A stretch of DNA of 64,000 nt, taken from positions 14,322,001 through 14,386,000 of the forward strand of contig JANJGN010000032.1 of NCBI GenBank assembly GCA_026770705.1, given 5' to 3'. The notes beneath the pieces were generated by a model. That model searched no databases, was not told the origin of the DNA, and saw nothing but the letters and a program-made list of their open reading frames with translations. The DNA comes from Isurus oxyrinchus (taxonomy: Eukaryota). The translations under genes were made by a program, and so were the position numbers. Below are positions 12,296 through 26,955 of this stretch, piece after piece; positions within the stretch are counted from its first letter, which is position 1, and each line of letters starts with the position of its first letter.

Positions 12296-15200
12296 TCCGG
12301 AATATCAAGAGTATCATTCTGCGCTGAGTCTGGTCATCTGAGTCAGAGCGGCAGTTGAGGGTGCTACAACTGGCCTGGATTAGAGAGAGGGAAGTATCCA
12401 GCAACCCCTGCCAGAACTGGACTGCAAGGGAGCACAAGATTAGGCTCAGTTTCAATGGCCGCCAATTGGCTATCCTTCCAAAGCTTACTGTCAAGGCCAG
12501 GGGTCCACAAGCTCCAGAGCCACGTGTGGCTCTTTACCACCTCATGTGCAGCTCTCAATATTTTCTAATTGGATCACATTAACATGAAAAAAGCCTAAAA
12601 AACATTAAGTCAAGAAAAGTAAGTGTTCTTATTGTGGGATGAAATGCTAATCATTATGCTGCACTTTACAGTTTCAAATGATTACGTTAACAAAAAACAT
12701 CATTGTGCTCTGAATAAACCTGTTTGAGGGCTAAAGCTAAATCTTGGTTATAGATGATGCCTTTGGTTTAAAGAACAAGTATTGCTGCGACCATTATTGT
12801 ATCTAATATAGCTGAGATGATAGGTTATTGTGAATATGCTATTTGAAGCATTTTTTTATCACGAGAATCAATAGCTGAAAGAATTATGCATATCTTAAGT
12901 TAAAGTTTGTTTTAAAGATTACTTTATTGACAAAATTAGTCAAAAATGCAAGAATTCAGAGTTAGGTCTATTTTAATTTTGATTTTTTTTCTATTGGTAC
13001 ATAAATTCAACACATATACTTCATTTATTAGATATGCAAAATATGCATTCTACCAGAAACACTTCATAATTTACCAGTATTTGGTTGTAGAGCTGCTAAA
13101 TTTTCACCTTATAGCTCTCAATACCTTTTCTCAGGCAATGCTTTTTAAAAGGCTCTTCAGGTTAAAAAAAAAGGTTGCTGACCTTTTGGTCTAGGCCAAG
13201 ATAAGAAGAATGAACGAAGTATCAATGGATATCCAATGCCTCTGAAATCATATTCTGGCAAGGAATCCAGGAGAATAGGAGGGAGGGGAGAAAGTGATTA
13301 GAAAAGGGAGTAAACAAAAACCATAATCATGTAAAAAATTGATCTTGACAACAAAAAGAGATTCATCATCAAGCACAGTATGATAAAACTGTTATCGGGC
13401 TCGCTGTCTTCCACAACACTAGTTTTCTTGGCTGCATGCTAACTGCTTGATCTCATGCCAGCTTACTGTGAGGCATACATACAGTACTCTTCAATTATTC
13501 ATCATAACTGGTTGATGATGGCGCGTGAAGCAAAGCTACCATATTTTGCGGCCTCCATCTTGCGAAGGCAGCCATTTCATGACAGCCATTAGCTTTTGAA
13601 TTGATGATACAAAGGAATGGGCTGAAGGGACATCCATGTTCTGGTAAGATGTTTGGGAGTGATTTGAAATGGCAACAGCAGATTTCGGCCATGTTCTTGC
13701 AAACAGGGATGTACATTGGTGATATGATGAAGGTGCCAATGAACAAGATAGTTCGTGTGCAGCTGTGCAAACCTCACATTCCACATTTTATAGCCACGAT
13801 TTTAACCTGGCCCGCCTGGTGGGAATAGCGCTGCCAGAGTTTAAAATGGTGATAGGCTGCTATGTATTGTGCCCCCACAATATTCATGCCTGCCACCATT
13901 TTAGTTCCTATTCGGACCCCAACACAATCTTAACTGGAGATCACAGCTGCGACACTCAATGCTGGAGTTGCCAGGGAAGTTGGCAACAGACAAAATCCAG
14001 GGCCAGAAGAGGTCTAGGTAAGTAGCATTTTTTAACAGTTTCTTTGTGGGCCATAAGGAGCAGGAGGAACTCGTCCCAGCCCCAATGCCAATTGACCTCA
14101 GAATGGACTTGTTTGTTCTTACACAATATGACATTTGGTACACTTCCAGCTGGAAGTGCTCACTTCCTACTCATGATTTTGGGGCCTTAGTAGACCGTGT
14201 AGAGCCCAATTTTTAGGCCTTCATGTTCAAAAAACAATGTGAATGTAATAATAATTATGCAAAAAGAATTCTAACTCCCCCCTTTATTTTTTTCGTGGTC
14301 CTTTTGAATTGATAGCCCAATTCACCAATCCATAGAAACATTTGAAACTTTGATTAGAGCTCCTCCCTACTATCTTTGCTCCAGTGACAAAGCCCTAACT
14401 TTTTGAGCTATCTTGGTGTCCTGCCAAACATGTTCCAACCACCTCATTGCTGTAAGCCCTGCTGCGTACAAAACGGCTGCTGCATTGCCCTACAAAACAA
14501 GAGTGACTGCACTTCAAAAGTAATTTAACATACGTGAATGGCTTTGAGACGCTCCTCAGTGATCTTATAAGGTGCAAATTAAAAACGCCAGTTTTTCCTT
14601 CTCTATCTTTCTTTCCCTGTGAATCCCATTGAAAAATCCATCAAACAATGCCTAATTTTCACCCAAAATACAGGAATCAGCCACTTGGAGGAAGGGAGGG
14701 TGAGAAAGGAGGGGGGTGGAGGGAGGTTGGAGGGAGAAGAAAGAGTTTAGATTTTCTCAGTCCCTGTCTTACAAGGGATGCTGCCAACAGGAGTTGGCGG
14801 TTTAAAAAAATTGATTTTTAAAAATATAAATTGTGAAAACACACAATGCTTCAAGTTTCATGTTTGCTAAATCATTCCAAATTGATGGTGTTGTGTTTGC
14901 CCCCCATGAAGAAAAAATGATTTCATAAATTCACACTCCAATCACCCACACACACGTGTGCAGGAGCTGACAGTGCAACAGGCATTTAATTACATGCAGT
15001 AAATCTAAACAATTTAACCAAAAATTCTGAGAGAGAAGGAATTGCAGGCATTTGCGCAGGAGATAATGGAGTATTAATTTTGTGCTGCCTTAAAAAAGAA
15101 AGTAATATAGTCTTAAATTATCATAGAGCTGGTCGTGATAAGCAGTGGGCAGAAATTGATTGGCAACTAGATGGCAAAAATAAAACAGTTAAAATGGTTA

Positions 15201-15764
15201 TTTAAATCGCAACGTTTATGATTTTTTATATCTTTAATAACTATATAGACACCAATATACTTTTTGATTATCTTTACCTGTTCTTCATTGACTCGACCAT
15301 ATTCTCTCTTGCCAGCTTAGTTTTCTGTCTTTTCTGCCTTTTTCTGGGAGTCATGTTGCCCTTTTCTGTGTGGGCATTTGTTTTATGGCTCGTGAAAGGA
15401 GTCCGGGGGAAAAATAAATCCTGTCAACCTCCACAGTGCTCAGATATGTCTCGGCAATTAAGAGCTTTCATGACCCATTGTTTTTGCAGTTGCAGACTTC
15501 CAGTTGCAGTATTAATCATTCTAAATAGTCAAAGGATCCCAAGGGCATCTGGTCATCCCTTCCCCACTCAAGTTCCCATTCCTCCTGTGCCAACTTGCAA
15601 AGTCACCATCAGCTGGTTGTGTGATTTTGTGCAGACGTTTGTTTTTGGTTGAAAAAGTTGGGAATAGGTGAAACGTGCAGTAACATTGAACCTTACTTCA
15701 CCTCACCGCCTCATTTTAGTTCTGATGAAAAGGTCTCCACTCAGCAGCTGCAAACCTCATGTCA

Positions 15765-17490
15765 CCCTTAGCTCAGTGGATAGCACGATTATTCCTAAAC
15801 TAAGAAGTTGTGGGTTTAAATCCCACTTCAGAGAATTTGATTAAACTATCAAGACAAACTCTCCCGTGCCCTACAGAGAGAGTGCTGCACTGTTGGAGGT
15901 GCTGTCTTGGCTTCCTGCATGCACATCCTTGACTTTTCATCTGTTAGGAACTGGATATAGTTCTGGGTGCTAAACATAAAGCTATGGCGTATTCCTAAGT
16001 AAGTTACAGGTTTTATTTGTGGGGCTAGTTTCACTTAAAAGAATGTTGCCTGCAAGTCTGAGGGTTTGTTTGTATACCTGCATTTTAATGAGGTTTTATG
16101 ACTCTTGAAGTAGAAAAAATGGTCTGTTTCCTAGCAACAGGGGGCCCACAGACACAGGGAGAAACAGAATAGCAGTTTTTTTAGTTCAGTTGGAAACAGG
16201 AGCTAGGAGAAACTGGACAGGAGGGAGCTGCAGAAAGCAGATTTTCCTGAAGAAGAGGTGGGGGGGGGGGGGGGGGGGGGGGTGCAGTCACAACAAGACC
16301 TTCTAGTCAAAGGAAAAGAACAGGAATCTGGGAAAGGTCCTGTTAAGTTATGAGTGAGGAGCAGAGGAAGCCTCCAAGTTTAAAGAGAGAAAGCTGCAGG
16401 ATGCAGACTTAAAGCAAAATAGGCTTGCGAGAAGCCAGAAGATCCGAGGAGACAGCCAAAAGTTGGTGACTCCTTACTATGGGCATGTGAAACAATGGTG
16501 TTCTGTTGGCATGGCTGAGCATCTGAGAGAGAGTGCGTGGAAGTCAAAACTGGAATGTACGTGGCGATCCAAGGGAGTAGAATATTAGAAAGAGAAATCA
16601 AAACCCTGGATCCTTCTGGATGGCGTCTGAGAGAAAGTGTCATTTGGGAGAAGATTCTAAAGCAAGTTCTTTGAGAGTGGAGATTGGAAACCCTCATGTG
16701 AAAGATGGTGTTCAGTGAGACCGGTTGGCTCATGGGGCGTCTGGGGGTGAGTTGATCGGAGATCCATAGCATCTGTTTGGGGTGGCATCTGTCAGATGGT
16801 TTCGGAGTGTGGTGTGTCTGACCACAGGTCACATTGACTGTGTACTTACTGTGAACATTAGAATATAAGATAGCTTTTGTGACTTGTATTATCCTTATGA
16901 ATCTGTATATATCTATAAAGGTATAGTGGGTGAAGGAGTATTGTAATATAGTTCATCTTTTCTTGTTTAATAAGCTTTCTCTTCTTTTGTTAAAAGCCCA
17001 TCAGCTGACTCCTGTGACTCTGTTCAGTCCACTCTCTACATTTCTAAACAAAAAATAAAAATTAGGATCTATCAAGCTAGGTTCCATCCTGGGATCAGGC
17101 TTATCCAGTAGTAACATCAGTTGGGATCATAACACATCATTCCACTATTGATGATGCTGCATAGGCCCTAGAAGCTCTGGAATTTCCTCTGCTGCTCCTC
17201 CCTAAAACCTACCTCTTTGACGAAGCATTTCGTCGCTGGTCCTAACATCTCACGTGACTTGGTGTCAAATAGCGTTTAGTAACACTCCTGTGAAAAACTT
17301 TGGGGTGTTTTATTTCATTAAAGGTGCTATATAAATGCAAGTTATTGTAGTTATTGTCTTTCAAATGAGACCTTAAACCGAGACCCCATCTGCCCTCTCA
17401 GGTGGGTGCAGAATGATCCCACGGCACTATTTGAAGGGGAGAAGGGAAATCTCCTTGGTGTCCTGGCCAGTATTATTCCCTAAACCAACA
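15765..17490 (+). mobile_element. SINE A split by an L2 3' fragment (about 15910-17354), which is itself split by the solo LTR
   Basis: The SINE head ends ggtgctgtctt and the body resumes tgtctttcaaatgagacc at about 17355. L2 tail aaggtgctatataaatgcaagttattgtag. Confidence 0.75.
15942..17134. mobile_element. Solo LTR (1193 bp) with 4-bp TSD
   Basis: Starts TGTTAGGA and ends TCATAACA. CATC flanks both sides (15938-15941, 17135-17138). AATAAA at about 17054. Interrupts an L2 3' fragment. Confidence 0.85.
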
Positions 17491-17559
17491 CCTACGAAAC
17501 AGGCACAATGGGCCACTTCAGCGCTGTATGAGTCTATAACCATGGGACCTTTGGCATTA

Positions 17560-17947
17560 CATTTCGTGGGATGTGGATATCAATGGCAAGACCAGCATTT
17601 GTTGTCCATCCCTAATTGCCCTTGAACTGAGTGGCTTGTTAGGCCATTTCAGAGGGCGTTTAAAAGTCAACCACAGTACTGTGGGTTTGGAGTCACATGT
17701 AGGCCAGACCAGGTAAGGATGGCAGATTTCCTTCCCTAAAGGACATTAGTGAACCAGATAGGATTTTACAACACTCAGTGATAGTTGCTGTAGTCACCAT
17801 TACTGAGACTAGCTTTCAATTCCAGGTTTGTTAATTGAATTTAAATTCCGCCAGCTGCAGTGGGATTTAAACCCATGTCCCCAGAGCATTAACCTGAGCC
17901 TTTGGGTTACTAGTCCAGTAGGATTACCACTTTGCCACCATCTCCCC
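17560..17947 (-). mobile_element. SINE family B
   Basis: Reverse complement of the 2190-2560 family. Confidence 0.85.
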
Positions 17948-19259
17948 TGTACAGTATTGGAAAAAAACATGCCTTCCAGAATTGAGCTGTATCCACCTAT
18001 ACAAATGTACCTATTCTAAAGAAAGCACACTGTAACACATATCACATTAGCTGAATCCTTTGAAACCTTGCTATCTTGCAACATGCCTCTGTGTCTACTT
18101 TCCAACACAGAATACACTTCAACCCAATGATCATTCTACATGCATTTAAACCCTGGTCTGGAATCTGCATTATCCACCTGCCTGATTATCTGTTAGAACT
18201 ACTATGGGATGAAGCTTTGCATGAGACATTGCCTTAGACAGCCACCATCCACCCATCTAATCTCCAATTCCACTGACAGGTCATCGACCTGAAATATTAG
18301 CCTGGACCTTGATGGTGCCTGGCCTGCTGAGCATATCCAGCATTTGCAACTTTCATTTCAGATATCCAGCATCTACAGTATTTTATTTTTGCATCATCTC
18401 TTTTTGTCTGCCATAAAATCAACCTTACAGCCTGAGGAAGATTAAATTCAATTTGTGTCATTTGTACTCACTGTGTTCTCACTCCAGCACTCACAGCATT
18501 TCAGACTAAAATTTGGGGATTCTCTCATTACTCTCATTCCAAATTATTCAGGTACAATGGAAACCCAGATATTCTGCAACGCAGTTCCACAGCCATTACA
18601 AATCTTCTTACCTATCCATTAATTTAGCCTAGTGTAAAAAGATTCCTGACCCCATGCTTCAAGTAAAAGTCTTATCGCATGAGTGCTCACAGTTAAACTC
18701 TGCTGGTAAATTTTCAAATATTAGTTCTTTGCAGTCCATGAAGGTTTGCGTTCTAAAACCAACCGATTAGCCGAGTCAATTCATTCCATCCACTTGAGCA
18801 AACAAATTAGAACTTGGAAGCATTTGCAGAGGTTCAGGCAGGCGTGGCTTTTAAAGTATTGTTTCTGATAGTGCACTGACCCTCCCAGAGAGGCCAAAGG
18901 AATAGGCATTATCCATAAGTACATAGGACAGGCACATCGAAAGCTGCAACTGCTTATTAACTGAAGGCAATGATTTGTGCAAGCTTTGAGAAGGGGAGAA
19001 GTCAAGGCAACTAACTGCAGAATCTACTGAATCTATCTCCAGATGTGTCTGGGAGGCGAAAAAGACCAGTTTGGGCATGGGACTCGATGGTAAGACTGCA
19101 CGCCCCACCCCTTGGACAATGCAAAGCTGAAAGGCCATCCTCCCCTCTGAGCTGTAACTGTGGCTTATTACATTTGATTGTGGTTTACACTGGGGAAATA
19201 TAAATGATGCTCTGTAATGCAGAATATCACCGAGGCTAAAAACAAGGAACAGGCAAAAA

Positions 19260-19715
19260 GCTATGCATTTATATAGCACCTTTCATGGCCTCAGGGCATC
19301 CAAAAGCGTTTTACAGCCACCGAAGTCCTTTTGAAGTGTCACTGTTGTAATGTCAAAAACACAGCAGCCAATTTGCAAACAGCAAGCTCCCACAAACAGC
19401 ACTAAGCTAATGACCAGATAATTGATTTTTTTTCGAGTGATGGTGATTGAGGAATAAATATTGAGCAAGACACAAGGGACAACTCCCCCACTCTTCTTTG
19501 AAATAGGGCCATGGCCTATTATATCCACCTGAGAAGCCAGACAGGCTCTCAGTCTATTATCTCACCTGAGAAACAGCACTTCTGATCATGCAGCTTTCCC
19601 TCAGTACTGCACTGAAAGCATTCACCTAAATTTTCACCCTTAAGTCTCTGGAGGAGGAATTGAACCCATAATCTTCAGACTCAGTGCAAAAGTGCTACCC
19701 ATTCAGCCACAAAGT
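19260..19715 (-). mobile_element. SINE family A
   Basis: Reverse complement of the 2895-3310 family, with tail tgcatttatatagcacc. Confidence 0.85.
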
Positions 19716-22700
19716 GAACAGTTAGCCTTACATTTCAGGAGAAGATTGAATTGGTTCTAGCATAGAATGAGAAATATTAAAAAGGACAGCGAGTACAGTT
19801 GAGCACACATGCCAATTGTGTATGATTTAGAACTCATTGCTTGGGCACAGCTTGTGTTGGCTTTACACAATCTGCACCATGTTACCTTGTTTGCTATTTT
19901 AGAGGGAGGTGATAAGTAATTACAACAGATCATCTCTGAGCATTTCGAATAGATGAGTCAAAATTCAGCTCAGAGACAGTAAAAGCAAAACCATCCTTTG
20001 AATTTCTCACTAACACCTACATGCCTCTCATTCAGATTCCCAACAAGAATAGGAGGGCATGGTAGGAAGGCGATGGGTGCACCAATGACAATAGCAGTGA
20101 AATGGGGCTTTGAAAATTATTGGTTTAAATGTACCATTTTAAGAAACGTCCCATGGATTAATGCCACCAGCCAACATTCCAGTTAACTAAAGCCTTTCTA
20201 CATCCTCAGAATAGTCTTCTGTTGAGGCCCTGTACCAGTAAGATTACGGCAGGCAAATTATTGGGTGTGACACCACATTGAGCCACATCCCCCTAAGCTA
20301 TGCCCTCATGTGGGTTTCAAATATATCAAGTGCATAGGAGGAAATCTGCATGCAGAAGATATTTAAATGGTTCCTTCATGGCATCTATTTTAGAGGCACT
20401 TCAAAAGAGAGTGCTCCTAAAGAGATAAAGGTTTTATAGGTCAAGAGTTTGCCCAAATGAGAAAGGAACTACTGACTATTCATGTCAGACTGTAGAGCAT
20501 TCTTCGTTATTACTTCTTTACCCATATTTTAGCTGAGGCTCCAGCCTTTTCACATCACTGACTGCCGCCAACTGCACTTGTCTTGGCAGTTAACCAAACT
20601 GCTGCCCCTTAAAAACTAGCAATCACCAATCAGTTATCATAGAGGAACAAGATGATTTTTGACATTTATGCACACAAAGTAAGGAACTTGGGCAATTCTT
20701 TCTGACAACTTATTTGATACTTCAGCATTATATCTTAAGTCTCTAGCAAATCCCCCTTCTCTAATCACTAACCATCACTGCTTATAGACTTGCTGTGCAA
20801 GTGTTGGAGACCCATAAATGATCTGTAAAGAGACGATGGTGCAGTGTGCTTGAGTGCTGTGCTTCCACTGCAAGACATGGATTTCAATCCAATCAAAACT
20901 GATGATCTTCTCTCCTTTTGATAGCTATAAGGATCCTACATGAAGTGCACTTCATGCACTTTCGACCCAGTTCTTAGTTGACACAGGTCCGGAGCACAAA
21001 ACTGCTCGTACTTCAACGCAAATGTCAGCATCACTCAGGCAGCTTGCAAAGACAGCTGCCAAAGGAAATGGAAATGTCAAGACTGATGAGGTGGGAGAAG
21101 GGGTTAAGGCAAATGAAGCTTTACCTTGTCTGTAACCTATATCGAGCCTGACTTGGGATTATCAACGCACAGCAAAAAGCAGAAATCCTAATCTACTCCC
21201 CAACCTAATATCCTTCATTTGTGCATTGAAAATCGATTTGTTTCTAGAACATCGGGTTAGTTAAACCATCACATAAAATAATGTTATCCTGCTGCAGCGT
21301 GATGTCAGCTTCGTCACATGGTGTGATAACAATCAAGATTGGCAAATTGCTTTGAATCACCGAGACAGTGCAATCAGTTGCTAACTCCCCTCCGCTCAGA
21401 TCACCGCAGGTTGAAGAAAAATCAATGTTCTCATAATTGTGTGACAAAGGATGGATAATTTGTCAGCACCTCACTTATGCTGTTAACACTGTGGTAAGGT
21501 GTCTAGCAAGGGGTTTGATGCCAGAGTCCGGTGAAAGATCCGGTGTTGACATCGCCTTCGTACACGTTATGATGGGCACCCCCTTTCATACAAGTGGCAG
21601 ATGTTGAATGAAACAGTTCAGTAATGGTTCAAGAAACTGATCTCAAGGACATTTTATCAGTTAAATTAGGCATGTAATTAGAAGGAGAAGATTTACGTTT
21701 CCATCAATTCCTACTGGGCTGTAGTAGATTACTCTTGTCCAGGAATACTTTCTTCTGTTTGGTTCCCACTTCTACGCTTCTCCCAAATTTCCGAACATCA
21801 GAGAGGGAGGGTGGGAGGTCTGTGGCCTCGACGAATTCTATGCATGTCACCGATATTGACCCAAACATAATCAATCGCGATAAGGTTTCTACAACACAAC
21901 CTGCAACGCCACTGTCACAAAGACAGTTACAAGTTATGGAGAAAGCACACCACCACCATCTCAGGGAACCCAAGAAAGGGCAATGAATGTGACAATGAAT
22001 GGTACCAGCTTCACCCATATCCTTGGAGCACATTTTTAACAGGTCAAAAATGAAAGCAGCGTTAGGGAAGTGATCGAAGGATTGAGGTTTTAAATCATGC
22101 TGAAAGTAAAAGGAAGAACTTGCATTTCTATAGTGTCTTTTCCTGACCTCAGAAGATCCCAAAGCACTTCACAGCCAGTGAAATACTTTTGAAGCGTAGC
22201 CACTGTTGTAATGTAGGAAACACAACAGTGAATTTGCAAAGAATATGAAGATATTTTGCCAAGTAATGCGCTATTTGAGTGAATGAGATTTACTGAAGAT
22301 CACAAAGTTAATTAATTCAGATAACTTCACCGTCTTGAATCAAAATCTTGGCAGACCACCCACGATCCAATTGAATGATAGTACTGGCTCAAGGGATTGA
22401 ATGACTGCTGCTATTCCTATGTCAGCGCCGGAAGAGTTGCTTCTTGTCAAACAATTCATATACATCCTGGTTCGAGTGCATCTGTTCAATCAATAAGAAA
22501 TTTGAATCCATCGCAAGGTCCTACTTTCCTGTTATCAACCATGTAAAATGATCATGAATTTAAAGTATAGACTGGATACAAGCGAGGAGTTAACTCTTTA
22601 GCAATAATTTATGTATGCCGCGTTATCAATTCCTGCATTTGGGCAGCATACCCTGTAAAACAAAACTGATAGATGTGTCTTATGCATTGAAAATCAATAT

Positions 22701-23259
22701 CATTAACATATGTCACCACGCACAAATCCAATACAAACCTGTGTAACAGATGGATGCCTTTTACAAATGGTTGCCTGTCATATCTGAAATGCCGGACAAA
22801 TTAGTACCACTTGCTCAAACACAGGTTGAAAGATAAAAATAGAGAATTGACCTGCCTGCAGCTGACAGAGGAAAATTACATTGATGTTTTGGGTGGGCCC
22901 TTTCTCAGGCTGAATAAGCCCCTTTGTACAAGACTGAACAAAATAAAGAGGAGTTGGCAGAACAGCCGACAAAGACAAAGAGATAAAATATGCCAATGTA
23001 ATTCTCTATCCTACTCCGCCTCTGTCTTCGGCCTCCTATCCCTGTTCTAATGAAGCTTGAGTAACAGCACCTCTTCTTTTGATTAGGCAATTTCAGATCA
23101 TAACCACTGCTCCAATTTTCTTGAACAGCAGGTGCTGATAATGGTTCTGTTATAAGCATTTACAATGACTCTGGATCCAGCTTTCATTTCCAACAGCAAA
23201 ATACTGCAGAAGCAGGCTCTGATCTAAGCTTGCCTTTTTGTCACATATGTGTAATATTC

Positions 23260-24682
23260 CTTCTTCCAGTCCTACTCAGACCCCCTCCCTCACTTCTTTT
23301 TTCGGTACATTCATGACTATCAGTGCCATTTCTTATTCTCACCTTGAACCTTTCATCAACTTTACTTTAAATTTCCACCCTTCCCTCGCCTTCACATAGT
23401 CCACCTCCGACTCTTCACTTCCCTTGCTTGACTTCCCTGTCTCCGTTTCTAGGGATAGGCTACCATTATTCACTACAAGCCCATTGACTCCCATAGCTAC
23501 CTGGATGACACTTCCTCACACCCCACTTCTTGTAAAGACTCTATTCCATTCTCTTAGTTTCTCTGTTTTAATGAAGCACTTCCAATATGTCTTTCCTTTC
23601 TCCTCAGTCAAGGATTGCCCAACACGTTCTTCACCGAACCCATTCCATTTCCCGCACTTCTATTCTCGCCCCTTCCCTTCTCTCCCAAAATCGCAAAAGG
23701 GTTCCCCGTGTCCTCATCTTTCACTTCACCAGCCTCCATATTCAATAGATCATCTTCCGCCATTTCTGCCAGCTCCAGCATGATATGACCACCAAACACA
23801 TCTTCCCCCCCTCCCCTTTCAGGATTCCAGAGGGAACATTCTCTCTGCGACATCCTGGGCCGCGCCTCAATTACCCCTAGCAGGCCCTCTCCTTCCCACA
23901 ACACCTCCCATGCAAGCGCAGAAGATGCAACCCTTGCCCCTTTACCTCCTCCCTTCTCATTGCCCAAGCCCCAGACACACTTTCCAGGTGAAACAACGAT
24001 TTACTGTACTTCTTTCAATTTAGTATAATGAATGTACTACTCATGAAATGGTCTCCTCTACATTAGGAGACCAAAGGCTGATTGGGTGGCTGCTTTGAAG
24101 AGAACTTCCATTCAGTCTGCAAGTGTACCCCAAACTTTCAGTCACCTGTCATTTTAATTCTCCACCCACTCTCGCACTGACCTCTCTGTCCTTGGCCTCT
24201 GAGACTATACCGATGATGCTCAATTTAAACCTGAGGAACAGCACCTCATCTTTCAATTCAGCACTTCACAGCCTTCTGGACACAACATTGAGGTCAATAA
24301 CTTCAGATCAGAACTTCTGCCCTGATTTTTATTTTGTGTTTTTTTTGTTTCTGGATGGCAGTTGTTGGTGTTGATTCAGTTTTTCCCAGATCTAGACACA
24401 TCTTTTGCTTTTTTACTTGTCCCATTACTATCCCCTTTTGCCTTGCACCATCATCTCTTTTGTCATTTAATCTCTCCTGTCATCCAGCCTATCATACACC
24501 TTCTCCTTTGTTCTTACTCTCCCTCTCCCTTTCCCTGCCTCTGTACTTGCTTGAAACTTGTTACAATGCTAACTTTTTCCAGTCGATGATGAAAAGTCAT
24601 TGACCCAAAACATTAACTCTGTTTCTTTCTCCACAGATGTTGCCAGACCTGCTGAGTGATTCCAGCATTTTCTGATTTTATT
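23260..24682 (+). mobile_element. Penelope-like retroelement: decayed RT C-terminus, GIY-YIG endonuclease and 3' terminal repeat
   Basis: Frameshifted equivalents of FHPSLAFT, PLLDFPVS, KPIDSHSYLD, FQVKQRF..LYI.ETK..EEQHLIF. The 3' repeat tctccacagatgttgccagacctgctgag is preceded by a degenerate hammerhead core. Confidence 0.85.
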
Positions 24683-26504
24683 ATAGTTAAAATATGATAA
24701 TGACTCTAATAGCCTCTAATCAGTAGTGTCTTTGTGAAAGTCATGAGCATGTTTCAACTGCCGAACTGGTTGGATTGGAAGCGAGATCATTAACCCAAAA
24801 TGGGAACCTAACCTTCCTCTCCACAGTTGCTGTCTGACCGGCTGAGTGTTTCCAGCATTTTCTGTTTGCATTTCAACTATTGACCTTATTTGTTGATCTC
24901 CAACCGTCCCCCTTAATTTTGGTAAACTCTCTAAAGTGGGACTATTGCCAGTTATGAAGAAGCATCCCTCGTGAAAAGTAAATTTAGAATCATAGAATGA
25001 AACAGCACAGGAGGCCATTCAGTCCATCGGGCCTGTGCTGATTCTTTGGTAGATCTCTCTCCACATAGTCCCAACACAACAAGTACTTATTCGTCTTATT
25101 TCAGATGCCTTGATGGGTCTGTTGTATTTTTCCAACTTCTCCTGTTCGTGTTTTAGATTTTTAGCATTCGTTGCTTTACTTTCCTTTTTATTCACAACAA
25201 GCTTATCCTGTACATTAGTTCCTCTGCCACAATTGACAAACACCTCACCAAATTTGTACCAGAACCATGCACAACCCACACAAAGCACACATTATTGCAA
25301 AGTAGGAGACCGTACCCAGCGTGTACTGTTAACAGGGAAAGGCATCTGAAGTGCTAAGGTTCGTGAGGGAAGCCAGCATTGCTGGGGATGGAGGAGCCAA
25401 CAGTTAAACGTGTTGAAATCACAATTCAAAATGGCAGCTGTGCAACTCTAAAATGGCATATGTGTCTTCTTTGGAAATGATGAACTAGCTCCTAAATGTA
25501 TGCCATTCTCAATTTTTACAAACCAAGTCTTTTCTGTTTTTAGAGAGCTAGCCCACAACAAGAATAGTCTATCCATAGAGATGTAAGAGAAAACAATCAG
25601 ATCGAGGCTAATTGCAGAGAAAGAGGTCAAGTACTCTGTACCACTTTACTGCTAAACTGTGTGCACTATTTCTTTAAATTATTGACTGAGGCAATAAATG
25701 TATAATGACCTTAGGTCATGTTTGAAAGGCAATGTCTCATCACCTGCTTAACTGCCTGGAAAATATTAGTTTTTTGCGTATATAGAAAAATTGCTACAGT
25801 GCATGTAGAGCTTTTAATTGAAAATTTAATTGGAAATTTGGAATATAGTCAATTTGACTCAAATGAGCAACTGGCAAGGGAAGATTAAAGTGCAGAGAAG
25901 CGAAAAGCAAAGCCATATCCCATCAAGAACCATTGTTTTGGTTCCCAATGACTGAATCGTTCTATTAATGAGTCGTCCTCATATGTCAAAAAAAAAACAC
26001 TTACAAAGATCAAAACTTTCACTTTCATAGTCGATGGAAGGTTTATTTTTGCAGTCGATCACGTACAGAGCTGTGCAGTGGCTGTTCATTCTATTACCCG
26101 ACCCATAAGCACAGATATGCTAACGGCTGAAGCTTCACAATCAAGTCTGAACAGATATTCCGCCTCCCTGGTACCAGATGGCAGCACTCATGAAGCAAGC
26201 AGCCAATTTGGAGAGATAAGGGAGAGAATAAATGGAATGGGAGGGAGGAGAAAGAGAGTAAAGGAGGACTAGGGAAAATAATTGGCCAGTCCACCTCCAC
26301 ATCACTGAGTGTGAAACAACAGGAAATGACATGTTTAATTCAATTTGGCACTATCGGATTAACAGCTGCAATTAAGGTACAGAACACCAGTCATCACAAA
26401 CTTATTTCTCTTATCCCATCCCCTCCTGCTCCCATACAAATTATTCCAAAGACAAGAAGGCCCATTTCATGAGGTGACATTCTAAGGGGCCTTCAGAAGC
26501 GAAG

Positions 26505-26955
26505 AAATAAAGACTTGCATTTCTATAGCACCTTTCACAACTCAGGATGTCCCAAAGTGCTTTAAAGTTGACAAGTATTTTTGAAGTGTAGTCACGATTG
26601 CAATGTAGGAAATGTGGCAGCCAATTTGCACACAGCAAGCTCCCACGAACAGCAATGTGATAAATGGCCAGATAATCTTTTTTGTGATGTTGATCGAGGG
26701 ATAAACATTGACCAGGAAGAACTCCTCTGCACCTCTTCAAAATAGTGCCATGGGACCTTTTACATCCACCTGAGAGGGCAGGCAGGGCTCTCCATTTAAC
26801 ATCTTATCTGAAAGACAGCACCTCCAGCAGTGAAGCACTCCCTCAGTACTATACTGCAGTTCAGTGTAGATTTTTGAATTTGAGGCTTTGGAGTGGGACT
26901 TGAACTTACAACCTTCTGGCTCCAGGCAAGAATGCTAACAACTGAGCCACCTCTA
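26505..26955 (-). mobile_element. SINE family A
   Basis: Near full-length reverse copy. Serves as an uninterrupted reference for the H2B-carrying copy. Confidence 0.88.

Noticed and set aside
21244-21900. Unique segment with minus-strand ORFs, a possible terminal exon and an RT-like WCDNN peptide on the plus strand
   Set aside because: In-frame stops, weak splice signals and no recognisable homology; neither a gene nor a LINE call is supportable.
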